Shown here: piece after piece, positions 18,240 through 27,354 of the stretch
How positions within the stretch are numbered: position 1 is the stretch's first letter
Layout: the number at the start of each line of letters is the position of its first letter
Assembly: GCA_964502355.1 (NCBI GenBank)
Contig: CAZCWK010000005.1
Span: 19,332-83,331 of the forward strand
Direction of reading: 5' to 3'
DNA from: an uncultured Bacteroidales bacterium
GTDB taxonomy: Bacteria > Bacteroidota > Bacteroidia > Bacteroidales > UBA1402
DNA length: 64,000 nucleotides
The notes under the pieces: model-generated
What the model was told of the DNA's origin: nothing
The model's database searches: none
The model's input: the letters and a program-made list of their open reading frames with translations, nothing else
Made by a program: the position numbers and the translations under genes

Positions 18240-18998
18240 ATGGCAGGAATTAATAAAAGCTCAAATCAACTTTTTAGAGTAATTATTTTACTCATTTTGA
18301 TTTTTTCAACAAATCTTTTGTCGCTTTCCGCACAGTCATTACCAACTGACACATTCAAAACAAAGAGTGGAAAAAACGTACAGATATCATTTATAAAGCA
18401 TTCCAGTCTTATGATTACTTACGACAAAAAGATCATTATGATTGATCCGGTTTCAAGATATGCAGATTTTAAAACATACCCCAAGGCTGACTTTATACTG
18501 GTTACTCATGAACACGGAGATCATCTGGATAATTCTGCGATAGATTTGTTAAGCAAAAATGAGACTATGATAGTTGCAAACGAGGCAAGTATCAAAAAAT
18601 CAGGTAAAGGTAAATCTGTTAAGAACGGCGAAACCATAAAATTATCTGATAGGATTTCTGTAGAAGCTGTACCGGCATACAACACGACTCCGGAAAACCA
18701 GAAATTTCACCCACAAGGAAGAGACAACGGATATATATTAAACATTGATGGTTTGAAAATATATATTGCCGGAGACACGGAGTTTTACCCTGAGATGAAA
18801 AATATTAAAAATATAGATATTGCTTTCCTGCCAATTAATCTTCCATACACGATGTCGGTTGATCAGGCTATTACTGCCGCAAAAACTATTTCCCCGAAAG
18901 TATTTTACCCCTATCATTTCAGTAATACTGATCTGAAACCACTCATAAAAGGTTTGGAAAACACGGGGATTGATATTAGAATCAGAAAAATGGAGTAA
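18240..18998 (+). CDS. MBL-fold metal-dependent hydrolase
   Basis: The THEHGDH motif is present (FILVTHEHGDHLD), with a later GDT. Signal peptide present. Confidence 0.7.
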   Translation: MAGINKSSNQLFRVIILLILIFSTNLLSLSAQSLPTDTFKTKSGKNVQISFIKHSSLMITYDKKIIMIDPVSRYADFKTYPKADFILVTHEHGDHLDNSAIDLLSKNETMIVANEASIKKSGKGKSVKNGETIKLSDRISVEAVPAYNTTPENQKFHPQGRDNGYILNIDGLKIYIAGDTEFYPEMKNIKNIDIAFLPINLPYTMSVDQAITAAKTISPKVFYPYHFSNTDLKPLIKGLENTGIDIRIRKME

Positions 18999-19042
18999 AT
19001 CCACACAGATTATTAATCACTTGCCCGGGATACGGATACAAA

Positions 19043-19083
19043 GATTACTTTTCAATCTTTAAGTAATCTCATTTGTGTTTTTT
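19043..19083 (+). terminator. possible terminator after the MBL hydrolase gene
   Basis: 9-bp stem AGATTACTT / AAGTAATCT (19042-19050 / 19061-19069) with a T-rich tail a few nt later. The stem is AT-rich, so support is weak. Confidence 0.3.
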
Positions 19084-19100
19084 ATAAGGATGTTTATCAT

Positions 19101-19108
19101 TATTTTTG
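19101..19108 (+). promoter_or_regulatory. Bacteroidota -7 promoter box (TAnnTTTG)
   Basis: TATTTTTG lies 38 nt upstream of the ATG at 19146. Confidence 0.4.
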
Positions 19109-19145
19109 TCTGAAATCGTCTAAACGCATATATAAACACAAACAT

Positions 19146-19799
19146 ATGAAGAAGATCCTGTTTTTACTTTTTACAGCCTTGCTTTGTCAGGTTGCTGTAT
19201 CACAAAAGAATACATTCAAAGTTGCTGTTGCTACCAATATTGACACTACATTTTCATTAGTAGGGAATTTTTCAGTAAGAGATATTGATGTAAATCTATC
19301 CAAAGGTATATTCAATTATCTTAATGATTTTATTGATACTGCAACCTATCAGCTTTCTGAAGTTAAACTGCCTGAAGAATTCAGAATGAATGGCTCTGCA
19401 ATGGTAAAAATGCCTGGCATTATGACTTTGAAACCGTGGTTGTCTAAACTTAAAAATAACGGCTATGATTTGCTGGTTTTTATATACAAACCGATACTTG
19501 ATGATAAGGCAAACGCAGGTGTTATGGGTTTCTCTTACGGCATGACGGTATCTGAAAATAAGGTGTTTTCTATAAATGATGCTTACATAGTTGATTTAAA
19601 GACACCTGAAATCCTGTCCAATATCAATATGAATTCTGAATCCGATTACATTTTCAGACAGGATCCAAAGAGCAAGATTGTAAAGTCGATAAGAAAGTAT
19701 GACTTAAAGGATATTTCTAAAGCCTGTGACATAATCAACGAACTAAACAGGAATTTCGCTTTGAGGATTTGTCAGAAGCTGGTGATTATAAATAAGTAG
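19146..19799 (+). CDS. hypothetical secreted protein
   Basis: Signal peptide MKKILFLLFTALLCQVAVSQ. No family recognised. Confidence 0.5.
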   Translation: MKKILFLLFTALLCQVAVSQKNTFKVAVATNIDTTFSLVGNFSVRDIDVNLSKGIFNYLNDFIDTATYQLSEVKLPEEFRMNGSAMVKMPGIMTLKPWLSKLKNNGYDLLVFIYKPILDDKANAGVMGFSYGMTVSENKVFSINDAYIVDLKTPEILSNINMNSESDYIFRQDPKSKIVKSIRKYDLKDISKACDIINELNRNFALRICQKLVIINK

Positions 19800-19822
19800 T
19801 AGTTTTCCTGAAAAATAATTAT

Positions 19823-21745
19823 ATGAAATCCAAATTGCTGATAATATTTTCATTGGTACTTATGTCCTTTAGCGTGAAGGATAGTAAGTATTCGGATTAC
19901 CCTATTGAGGCAATCGGTGTTAAAGATGTAAAACTGTCTGATGGTTTCTGGCTACAGAAAATTAAGACCATAAAGGATTCCACAATAAGCTATTCTTTTA
20001 AAAAGTGTGAGGAAGAAGGGCGAATGGACAATTTCCTGATTGCAGGAGGTAAGTTGCCAGGTAAAACCAAAGGTAAAATGCCTTTTGATGATACTGATTT
20101 GTATAAGATTATTGAAGGTGCATCTTTGTCATTAATAAGTGATCCTGATCCTGAACTGGATGCATATATTGATTCGATTATTGAAATTATTAAGGTAGGG
20201 CAGGAGCCCGATGGTTACATTACGACCTGGTTTACGATAGACAGGACAACTCCTCCGGCTGAATGGGTGAAACCGTCAAAGGAAAGATGGGAAAATGAAA
20301 TTTCAAGTCATGAGCTTTATAACAGTGGACATCTTTTTGAAGCCGCTGCTACTCATTTTCTGGCAACAGGCAAAAGAAACCTTCTGGATATAGCTTTAAA
20401 AAATGCCGATTTATTGGTTTCAAAATTTGGTTCCGGGAAGCTTCAGGTGCCTCCGGGTCATGAAATAATCGAAACCGGATTGGTTAAATTGTACAGGATT
20501 ACACACAAACCGGAATATCTTGAATTATCTAAATTTTTTCTTGATATAAGGGGTGATGCATCGACTCATAAACTTTACGGAGCATACAATCAGGATCATT
20601 TAAAAGTAACTGAGCAGTCTGAAGCTGTTGGGCATGCCGTAAGAGCTGTTTATATGTACGCAGGAATGACTGATATAGCAGCTTTATATAAGGATAGCAA
20701 TTACCTTGATGCCGTAAAAAGAATTTGGGATAATGTGGTAAACGCTAAAACTTATATCACAGGCGGACTTGGAGCAAGACATGACGGAGAATCTTTCGGT
20801 GATGATTATGAGCTGCCAAATCTCACGGCATATAGTGAAACCTGCGCGGCAATCGGTAGTGTTGGCTGGAATCAAAGACTCTTTCAGTTAACGGGAGACT
20901 CAAAGTTTTATGATGTGATTGAAAGAACTCTTTACAACGGGCTTATTTCCGGCATCTCACAGGACGGTAAGACTTTCTTTTATCCGAATCCTCTGGAATC
21001 AGATGGCAAGTATAAATTCAATATGGGTGCAGCGACCCGTAAGCCCTGGTTTGATTGCTCATGTTGCCCGACAAATCTGATAAGGTTTATACCTTCTGTT
21101 CCCGGTCTGATTTACGCAAAAAGGGCTGACAGTGTTTATGTCAATCTTTTTATTGGCAGTAATGTCAATATGAAAATCGGGAAAAAGGATCTGAATATTG
21201 TCCAAAAGACAGATTATCCCTGGAAGGGTATAGTCTCTTTGGTTGTAAATCCCAAAAAGAAGCTAAAATGTACTCTTAAGATACGTGTCCCCGGTTGGGT
21301 GATGAATAAACCATTGCCCGGAAATCTGTATAGTTATCAGGAACCGGTTTCAGAAAAGTATTATCTCGGAGTCAACGGGAGCGAAGTCAGTGCTGATATG
21401 AAAAACGGTTATCTGGAAATTTCCAGAGAATGGAATAAGGGTGATGAAGTTGAAATACACTTTCCGATGAGCGTGCGCAGAGTCATAACCAGCGATAAAG
21501 TCAAGATTGCAATAGAGTATGGTCCTGTCGTTTATTGTGCTGAGTCGGTTGATAATGGCAAGCTTTCGGGCCTGATTGTTTCGCCTGCTACCAAATTTGA
21601 ACCTGTAAATGAAAAGTTGCTATCAGATGACGTAGTGGTTCTGAAAAATAAATTCAGAGGGCATGAGATAACTCTTATACCTTATTATCTTTGGTCAAAT
21701 CGTGGTGTCGGAGAGATGAAAGTCTGGTTCAATAAGGGTAAATAA
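19823..21745 (+). CDS. glycoside hydrolase family 127 (beta-L-arabinofuranosidase-like, DUF1680)
   Basis: Motifs HELYNSGHLFEAA, YSETCAAIG and WFDCSCCPTNLIRF (the Cys cluster of GH127). Length ~640 aa. Confidence 0.85.
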   Translation: MKSKLLIIFSLVLMSFSVKDSKYSDYPIEAIGVKDVKLSDGFWLQKIKTIKDSTISYSFKKCEEEGRMDNFLIAGGKLPGKTKGKMPFDDTDLYKIIEGASLSLISDPDPELDAYIDSIIEIIKVGQEPDGYITTWFTIDRTTPPAEWVKPSKERWENEISSHELYNSGHLFEAAATHFLATGKRNLLDIALKNADLLVSKFGSGKLQVPPGHEIIETGLVKLYRITHKPEYLELSKFFLDIRGDASTHKLYGAYNQDHLKVTEQSEAVGHAVRAVYMYAGMTDIAALYKDSNYLDAVKRIWDNVVNAKTYITGGLGARHDGESFGDDYELPNLTAYSETCAAIGSVGWNQRLFQLTGDSKFYDVIERTLYNGLISGISQDGKTFFYPNPLESDGKYKFNMGAATRKPWFDCSCCPTNLIRFIPSVPGLIYAKRADSVYVNLFIGSNVNMKIGKKDLNIVQKTDYPWKGIVSLVVNPKKKLKCTLKIRVPGWVMNKPLPGNLYSYQEPVSEKYYLGVNGSEVSADMKNGYLEISREWNKGDEVEIHFPMSVRRVITSDKVKIAIEYGPVVYCAESVDNGKLSGLIVSPATKFEPVNEKLLSDDVVVLKNKFRGHEITLIPYYLWSNRGVGEMKVWFNKGK

Positions 21746-22864
21746 TCATTTCATATTCATAAATATCAAACAGACGGGTGATCCCACATTAATCTGCATT
21801 CCTGTATTTGTCATTTTGCCTGTTTCAGCGTCACGTGTGAAAATCGTGATGTTATCAGAGAACTGATGACCGATGAAAATGTATTTACCGTCAGGAGTGA
21901 TTGCAAAATTACGCGGGCCGTCACCTTCGGTTTTTGTCTGACTTACAAAATCTATCTTCCCGTTTTTTGAGACCCTGAAGCATGTAATATCGTTGGCTGG
22001 TGCTCTGTTGGTTACGTACAAATATTTGTTGTCAGGTGAGAGGTGTATGTCTGCAACCCATGGCTTCGGGTTATTATCTCTGATAACAGTATTTTCCAGT
22101 ATAAGTTTTATAATGCCATTCTTATAACTGAAAGCTGAAACCGTTCCGTCAAGTTCATGCGCCAGATAAAAGTACTTTCCGTTTTTGCTGAATACAGAAT
22201 GCCTTGGTCCGCTTCCTTTCTTAACATCAGAAGCTTTTCCATCGTAAAGGACATTATCTATTGAAGCAGGATTATACTTATAAATCCATACTTTGTCAGT
22301 ACCCAGATCGTTCGTTACAATATGCTTGTGGTCAGGTGCAATTACTACCTGATGTATATGCGATACGGTTTTGGAAGACTTATCATTATCCGAAGGTGTG
22401 AAACCTATTGTTTGTTTGGTTTCCGTCAGTGAACCATCTTTATTAATGCCAAAAACTGACAAAAAACCGCCATTGTAAATGGATGTAAATGCATTTTTAT
22501 CATCAACGACTATGTGACATGGTCCCTTGGTGCTGGTCTTGAATTTGTTTATCAGCTTGATGCTATCATGACTGTCATTAATTGACAATGCAGCGACGGT
22601 ACCCGAATTATAATTTTCACTGAATGTATAAATCCTGGTTTGGTCATTTGACAAAGCAAGAAAACTGGGATTTGCAAGGCCATCGTATAATGCTTTTTGA
22701 GAAATCATCCTGCTGTCTGTGTCTATCTCAAACAGATAAATACCCTTGCTTTTTCCTGTATTTGTGTATGTTCCGGTGAGCAGTTCGTACTTTTCTGCAT
22801 TTAAAACAGATGATGACAAAACTAAAACAGACAATAAGTACAACCTTAATCGTATCAATCTCAT
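21746..22864 (-). CDS. lactonase-type 7-bladed beta-propeller protein (6-phosphogluconolactonase-like)
   Basis: Repeated GPRH/GPRN blades (GSGPRHSVFSKNGKYFYLAHELDGTVSAF; GDGPRNFAITPDGKYIFIGHQFSDNITIF). Signal peptide present. Confidence 0.75.
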   Translation of the reverse strand: MRLIRLRLYLLSVLVLSSSVLNAEKYELLTGTYTNTGKSKGIYLFEIDTDSRMISQKALYDGLANPSFLALSNDQTRIYTFSENYNSGTVAALSINDSHDSIKLINKFKTSTKGPCHIVVDDKNAFTSIYNGGFLSVFGINKDGSLTETKQTIGFTPSDNDKSSKTVSHIHQVVIAPDHKHIVTNDLGTDKVWIYKYNPASIDNVLYDGKASDVKKGSGPRHSVFSKNGKYFYLAHELDGTVSAFSYKNGIIKLILENTVIRDNNPKPWVADIHLSPDNKYLYVTNRAPANDITCFRVSKNGKIDFVSQTKTEGDGPRNFAITPDGKYIFIGHQFSDNITIFTRDAETGKMTNTGMQINVGSPVCLIFMNMK

Positions 22865-22979
22865 ACCTTTAAATATTAATATTTATGATCAAAAATACTA
22901 AAAAAAACAGTTTTTAACTATAATGTTTGCATTAGTATTAAATATATACATACTTTTATAGTTGTAAGATTAATATTGT

Positions 22980-25589
22980 ATGAAGCCATTATATGTCCGG
23001 TTTTTAATAATAACCGGTTTAGCCCTGCAGTTATCTTTTGCTAACGTATCTGAAATTTTTGCAGCAGGTAAAACACAAGACGAGAAGACCTTAAGTCGTG
23101 AAAAATCAGGTAAATCATCTGAAGCATTAAGCATATTGTCCCTGAGCAAAAATGTCTCAGAGTTCTATAAATCAAATCCTCAGGAAAAGGTTTATCTGCA
23201 TTTTGATAATACTGCTTACTTCCTTGGTGAAACCATTTGGTTTAAAGCATATCTCGCACAGGTTAACAGGAATTCATTAAGTCAGATAAGCAAAACTCTT
23301 TATGTCGAGTTATTAAGTCCGGAAGGAAATGTTATTGAGACAAAGAAGTTTAAAATAAATGACGGGCTTTGCCACGGCGAAATATTTTTGCGTGATTCAT
23401 TGAAAAATGGTTTTTATGAAGTAAGGGCATACACAAGGCATATGCTCAACTTTGATAATGCTGCAATATTTTCAAGAGTATTCCCTGTTTATGACAAACC
23501 GCTAAAGAGTGGCCTTTATTCATCCAGGAAAATTACTGAGAAACCAAGATCACAAAGAGTTCCGGGGCCGAGAGCAGAGACTAAACCCGACAAATTTTCA
23601 ATAAACTTTTTCCCTGAAGGAGGCAACATGGTTGATGGTTTAACTTCACGTATAGCTTTTCAGGCTTTCAGCAATAAAGCGGAGCATCCTGTTATTGAGG
23701 GTTTTGTTTTATCGAAAAATGGAGATACCACTGCCGTATTCAGTACTTCTCATTTTAATATGGGCTCATTCTTTATGAAACCGGATATAAAAGAATCGCC
23801 ATATAAAGCTGTCGTAAATAATAATGGGTCTGCTTATAAATTTGAACTTCCTGAAATTTTGCCTGTTGGATATACTATGACGACAGATGTTTCAGATGCA
23901 GATGTACTGTCAATTTTAATAAGAAAATCTCCCGGTTTACCATCTCAGCCAATTGGTCTTAATATTGTTTCCAAAGGTCAGCTTTACGGCTCTGACAGTA
24001 TTGTGGTTGGCGAAGAAAATGTGGTTTCACTATCATTTCCAAAAAGAATGATTCCATCGGGAGTTTCACAGATAACTTTGTTCGACAAAAAAGGAAATGT
24101 TCTGGCAGAAAGAAAAGTGTTTGTAAATCACATGAGTCAGATAAAGATTGTTTCGAAGTTTGACAAAAAGAACTACAAGCCAAACGAAAAAATCAAGATG
24201 GATTTTTTGATAAATGATAATAAGGGAAATCCCGTCGAAACCGGTTTCTCCGTATCTGTAAGGGATGCATCGACAACTTCTGTAGAACCTTACACTGATA
24301 ATGTTCTGACCAATCTTTTGCTTTCTTCAGATCTTAAAGGTTTTGTGGAATCTCCCGGATATTATTTTAGTTCCAGTGATGTTCAGACTATGGCTGATGC
24401 CGATTTATTGATGCTTACTCAGGGTTGGAGCCGTTATGTCTGGAGGCAGATGGCAGGAGTGGAGCCGTTTGTATATAATTATCCCTATGAAAAAAGTTTG
24501 CTGATTGAGGGTAACGTATTTGCAGTTGGAGATAGCAGAAAACCGAAGAAGGATGTAGAAGTAAATATGATTTTGCTTGGAGACAGTGTTTCTCAACAGG
24601 GTAAATGTTTTACTGATGAGTCGGGAAGATTCAATTTTGCACCCAAAGATTTTTTTGGAAAGTCAAATCTGACTCTTGAAACCAAATCGGATGGCAAATA
24701 TATGGAGTCCGCTGTAAGACTTGACCGTTTTTTTAGTCCTGCAGTTAAAAAATATAACTGGCTTGAAAAAAGAAAGCCTGAGATTACAGAAATTAAGGTT
24801 GAAGAAGATACCATAACAGATGAGAAACAGGATGATGTTGTAATCAAAGAAAAAGAAAAAAAACTCACAATGTCTGAAAAAGATCATATGTTGAAGCAGG
24901 TAGAAATTATTGGAAAGAACTCTGATGAAAGGATCAGGGATGGGCTTAGAAAAGCCAACGTAGTTATAGATGTTGAAAATACTGTCGATAAAATGATTGA
25001 TACAGGTGATTTTGTTCCGGAATCCATGCTTGAATTTCTTTCCAGGACGAATCAGTATTTTACTTATCATACTCAGGTAATTAATAATAGAGTTAAGTTA
25101 ATACCCAGATATAAATCCCAGCCGGCATTTTTTGTTATAAATAATTTTGAAGTTTTTGACCGTGGTGAGATAGAAAGCTTAATGACTAATGAGATTAGAT
25201 TAATCTCAATAAGTGAGGATCCTGCTGAACATCTGAAGTTTGCGATGGCGGGAACCAAAAGTCAGTCAGCTCATCTTGACAGAGATACTGTTGTTATTTA
25301 TGTCTTTACATATCAGGACAGACATTTACGTACTTCTCCTGAAGGTATACGCCAGACTTCATTGCAGGGATATTCGCTCTCAAGGGAGTTTTATAGTCCG
25401 GATTATACTGAAGGTGTATTACCCGGTTTAGTCGATGTTCGCAGAACTTTATACTGGAATCCTGATATTAATACGGGAAAAGACGGGAAGGCTTCAGCTA
25501 CTTTTTTTAATAATTCGAACTGTAAATCAATGAATATCAGCGCTGAAACCGTGACGCCAAATGGAATGATCGGTGTCGGGAGCGACTGA
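22980..25589 (+). CDS. large secreted protein with macroglobulin(MG2)-like N-terminal region and a plug-like segment
   Basis: The motif VYLHFDNTAYFLGETIWFKAYL is typical of MG2-type Bacteroidota proteins. The later segment LKQVEIIGKNSDERIRDG...VIDVEN...MLEFLSR is plug-like. Assignment is tentative. Confidence 0.45.
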   Translation: MKPLYVRFLIITGLALQLSFANVSEIFAAGKTQDEKTLSREKSGKSSEALSILSLSKNVSEFYKSNPQEKVYLHFDNTAYFLGETIWFKAYLAQVNRNSLSQISKTLYVELLSPEGNVIETKKFKINDGLCHGEIFLRDSLKNGFYEVRAYTRHMLNFDNAAIFSRVFPVYDKPLKSGLYSSRKITEKPRSQRVPGPRAETKPDKFSINFFPEGGNMVDGLTSRIAFQAFSNKAEHPVIEGFVLSKNGDTTAVFSTSHFNMGSFFMKPDIKESPYKAVVNNNGSAYKFELPEILPVGYTMTTDVSDADVLSILIRKSPGLPSQPIGLNIVSKGQLYGSDSIVVGEENVVSLSFPKRMIPSGVSQITLFDKKGNVLAERKVFVNHMSQIKIVSKFDKKNYKPNEKIKMDFLINDNKGNPVETGFSVSVRDASTTSVEPYTDNVLTNLLLSSDLKGFVESPGYYFSSSDVQTMADADLLMLTQGWSRYVWRQMAGVEPFVYNYPYEKSLLIEGNVFAVGDSRKPKKDVEVNMILLGDSVSQQGKCFTDESGRFNFAPKDFFGKSNLTLETKSDGKYMESAVRLDRFFSPAVKKYNWLEKRKPEITEIKVEEDTITDEKQDDVVIKEKEKKLTMSEKDHMLKQVEIIGKNSDERIRDGLRKANVVIDVENTVDKMIDTGDFVPESMLEFLSRTNQYFTYHTQVINNRVKLIPRYKSQPAFFVINNFEVFDRGEIESLMTNEIRLISISEDPAEHLKFAMAGTKSQSAHLDRDTVVIYVFTYQDRHLRTSPEGIRQTSLQGYSLSREFYSPDYTEGVLPGLVDVRRTLYWNPDINTGKDGKASATFFNNSNCKSMNISAETVTPNGMIGVGSD

Positions 25590-25603
25590 TAGATTCAAAT
25601 TAT

Positions 25604-25611
25604 TACCTTTG
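25604..25611 (+). promoter_or_regulatory. Bacteroidota -7 promoter box (TAnnTTTG)
   Basis: TACCTTTG lies 26 nt upstream of the ATG at 25637. Confidence 0.45.
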
Positions 25612-25636
25612 CAGTATTATTATTAATCGTGTAAAT

Positions 25637-26230
25637 ATGATTGGTTACTGTAAGAAGTTGTTTTTATCTCTGATTTTTGTTTTCATAGCTCACAGTACTT
25701 ATTCTGAAGAACCGCATAAGAATATTTATAGTGGTGGAATGTTAATGCTTCAACCCGGTTTCACAATTACTGATAATAGTTATCAGAAGGTTTCAGACAT
25801 GAGTTCCGGACTTGGCGGTATACTCAGATTGTATTTTTCTAAAAATCTGACTGCGGGCATTTATGGAGGTACTATAAATACTAATTATAAATCATCGGGA
25901 TCTGATAATTCATATATGAGTGCCGGTTATGGCGGTCCTTTTTTTGGTTACAGCAAAAAATCAGGGAAAGTAAGATACACTGCTTCAGCTTTTGCCGGAA
26001 TGGGTTCGATAAAAAACCTTCACATAGAAAGTCAGACTTCTGAGGTTTTAAATGAAGCCTATCTCAGGAAGTATCCGGCCTTTTTGGTTTCACCGTTATT
26101 GAGTATGGATTATGCGATGACAAGTAAAATTTCCGTTACATTGCAGGGGGTATTTATTGTGGGTAAATACGATAGCGATAAATATTTATATAATCCTATG
26201 TTACAGCTGGGAATATTGTTTAACAGATGA
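25637..26230 (+). CDS. small outer-membrane beta-barrel-like protein, hypothetical
   Basis: Signal peptide, Gly/Tyr/Ser-rich alternating strands, and C-terminal ...QLGILFNR. Confidence 0.45.
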   Translation: MIGYCKKLFLSLIFVFIAHSTYSEEPHKNIYSGGMLMLQPGFTITDNSYQKVSDMSSGLGGILRLYFSKNLTAGIYGGTINTNYKSSGSDNSYMSAGYGGPFFGYSKKSGKVRYTASAFAGMGSIKNLHIESQTSEVLNEAYLRKYPAFLVSPLLSMDYAMTSKISVTLQGVFIVGKYDSDKYLYNPMLQLGILFNR

Positions 26231-26264
26231 GAGTTAAACAAAAACGATTTGGCTTTTGATTTTG

Positions 26265-26272
26265 TAAATTTG
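26265..26272 (+). promoter_or_regulatory. Bacteroidota -7 promoter box (TAnnTTTG)
   Basis: TAAATTTG lies 38 nt upstream of the ATG at 26310. Confidence 0.4.
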
Positions 26273-26309
26273 TGAAATTAGATATACTAATTTTTTAAAC
26301 CTTAATATA

Positions 26310-27173
26310 ATGAAACGACCACTATTTTTACTGATGTTTGCACTTATTGCAGGCATTGTTTCTGCTGAAAACATGACTGACATACATTTGCAGTGGAAAG
26401 ATTCCACTAAACTGGAATCTTCAATCTCTTCTGAAACAGGAAATCTTTATAACAAGTTAAATCATCACGGCCCTGCCATCGAAAATCAATGGATTGGTCT
26501 CAGGTATTATTTTGATTATAAATGTGCTATAGATATTTATAATAAAACGCGTCCGGGTCTTGAACTTGCCGCTGCTGCCTGGTATCCAACCAAGGAACAA
26601 CAGAAAAAAGGGTGGGGGGCTGATCAATACAAAGTGGGAACCACTGTTGGTTGTGGAGGTGTCCGTCTTTGGGATGGTGAAAAAGTTGTATATCTTGATC
26701 CTGTGTCCAAAAGGACTGCAAGAGTTAAAAAAGAAGCTAATATCTCCTATCTGGAAATGTTGTCAGAGGGCATTCCTTATAAAGGTAAGAAGATCGATGT
26801 ACTTGTCAGAGTTACTGTATTTTCCAGCACTCGTGAGGCTAAGGTTGAGGCTTTTGCCTTGTGTGATGAGCCTGTACAGTTTGTAACTGGTATTAATTAT
26901 TTCCCTGCTACCAAAACTACTGAAGGTAAAAACTTCATTTCTACCTGGGGTATTCATCCTGAAGATGTTGCAGCTTTTCAGGTAGCTATTGGTGCTGCAA
27001 TTATCTATAATCCCGATGATTATGTTTCAAAAAGCAAACTGGAAAAAGAGTTTCAGCTTATTTCAAAGCCGACTAAATATCTCTCAACATGGGTGTCATC
27101 AGCTTGTGAAAAGGAAAAGAAGCTAAAGAATAATGAAGCTTTCAATAAATATCTTGAGCAGTTAAAATTTTAG
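26310..27173 (+). CDS. DUF4861-like protein (family commonly found in pectin utilisation loci)
   Basis: Signal peptide. The motif NHHGPAIENQWIGLRYYFDYKCAIDIYNK matches my recollection of DUF4861. Not searched. Confidence 0.5.
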   Translation: MKRPLFLLMFALIAGIVSAENMTDIHLQWKDSTKLESSISSETGNLYNKLNHHGPAIENQWIGLRYYFDYKCAIDIYNKTRPGLELAAAAWYPTKEQQKKGWGADQYKVGTTVGCGGVRLWDGEKVVYLDPVSKRTARVKKEANISYLEMLSEGIPYKGKKIDVLVRVTVFSSTREAKVEAFALCDEPVQFVTGINYFPATKTTEGKNFISTWGIHPEDVAAFQVAIGAAIIYNPDDYVSKSKLEKEFQLISKPTKYLSTWVSSACEKEKKLKNNEAFNKYLEQLKF

Positions 27174-27195
27174 TTTTCAACTGAACTTTTAAAAA

Positions 27196-27267
27196 GCTGC
27201 TTTGCAGCGGGGGAGGTTTAATTCTGGTTAGCGCAATTCAGGTAGCTCTGCAACGGAGAATTTAAAT
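27196..27267 (+). repeat. GC-rich intergenic repeat, partial copy
   Basis: Hairpin GCTGC-ttt-GCAGC, then GGGGGAGG...CTGGTTAGCGCAA (compare TGGGTTAGCGCAA at 1079-1091) and AGCTCTGCAACGGAGAATTTAAATA (compare GGCTGCTTGCGGTGAGGAGATTCAATAT at 1127-1154). Confidence 0.45.
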
Positions 27268-27300
27268 AACCTGAAGCCGGTCATTGTAAATTAAAATAAA

Positions 27301-27334
27301 AGCGGGTGTTTCAATTAAATTTGAAACACCCGCT
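27301..27334 (-). terminator. intrinsic terminator of the CE8 gene
   Basis: Perfect 14-bp stem AGCGGGTGTTTCAA / TTGAAACACCCGCT. On the minus strand it is followed by TTTTATTTTAATTT and lies 20 nt past the stop at 27355. Confidence 0.75.
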
Positions 27335-27354
27335 TCGCGTTAGAGATTGGATGA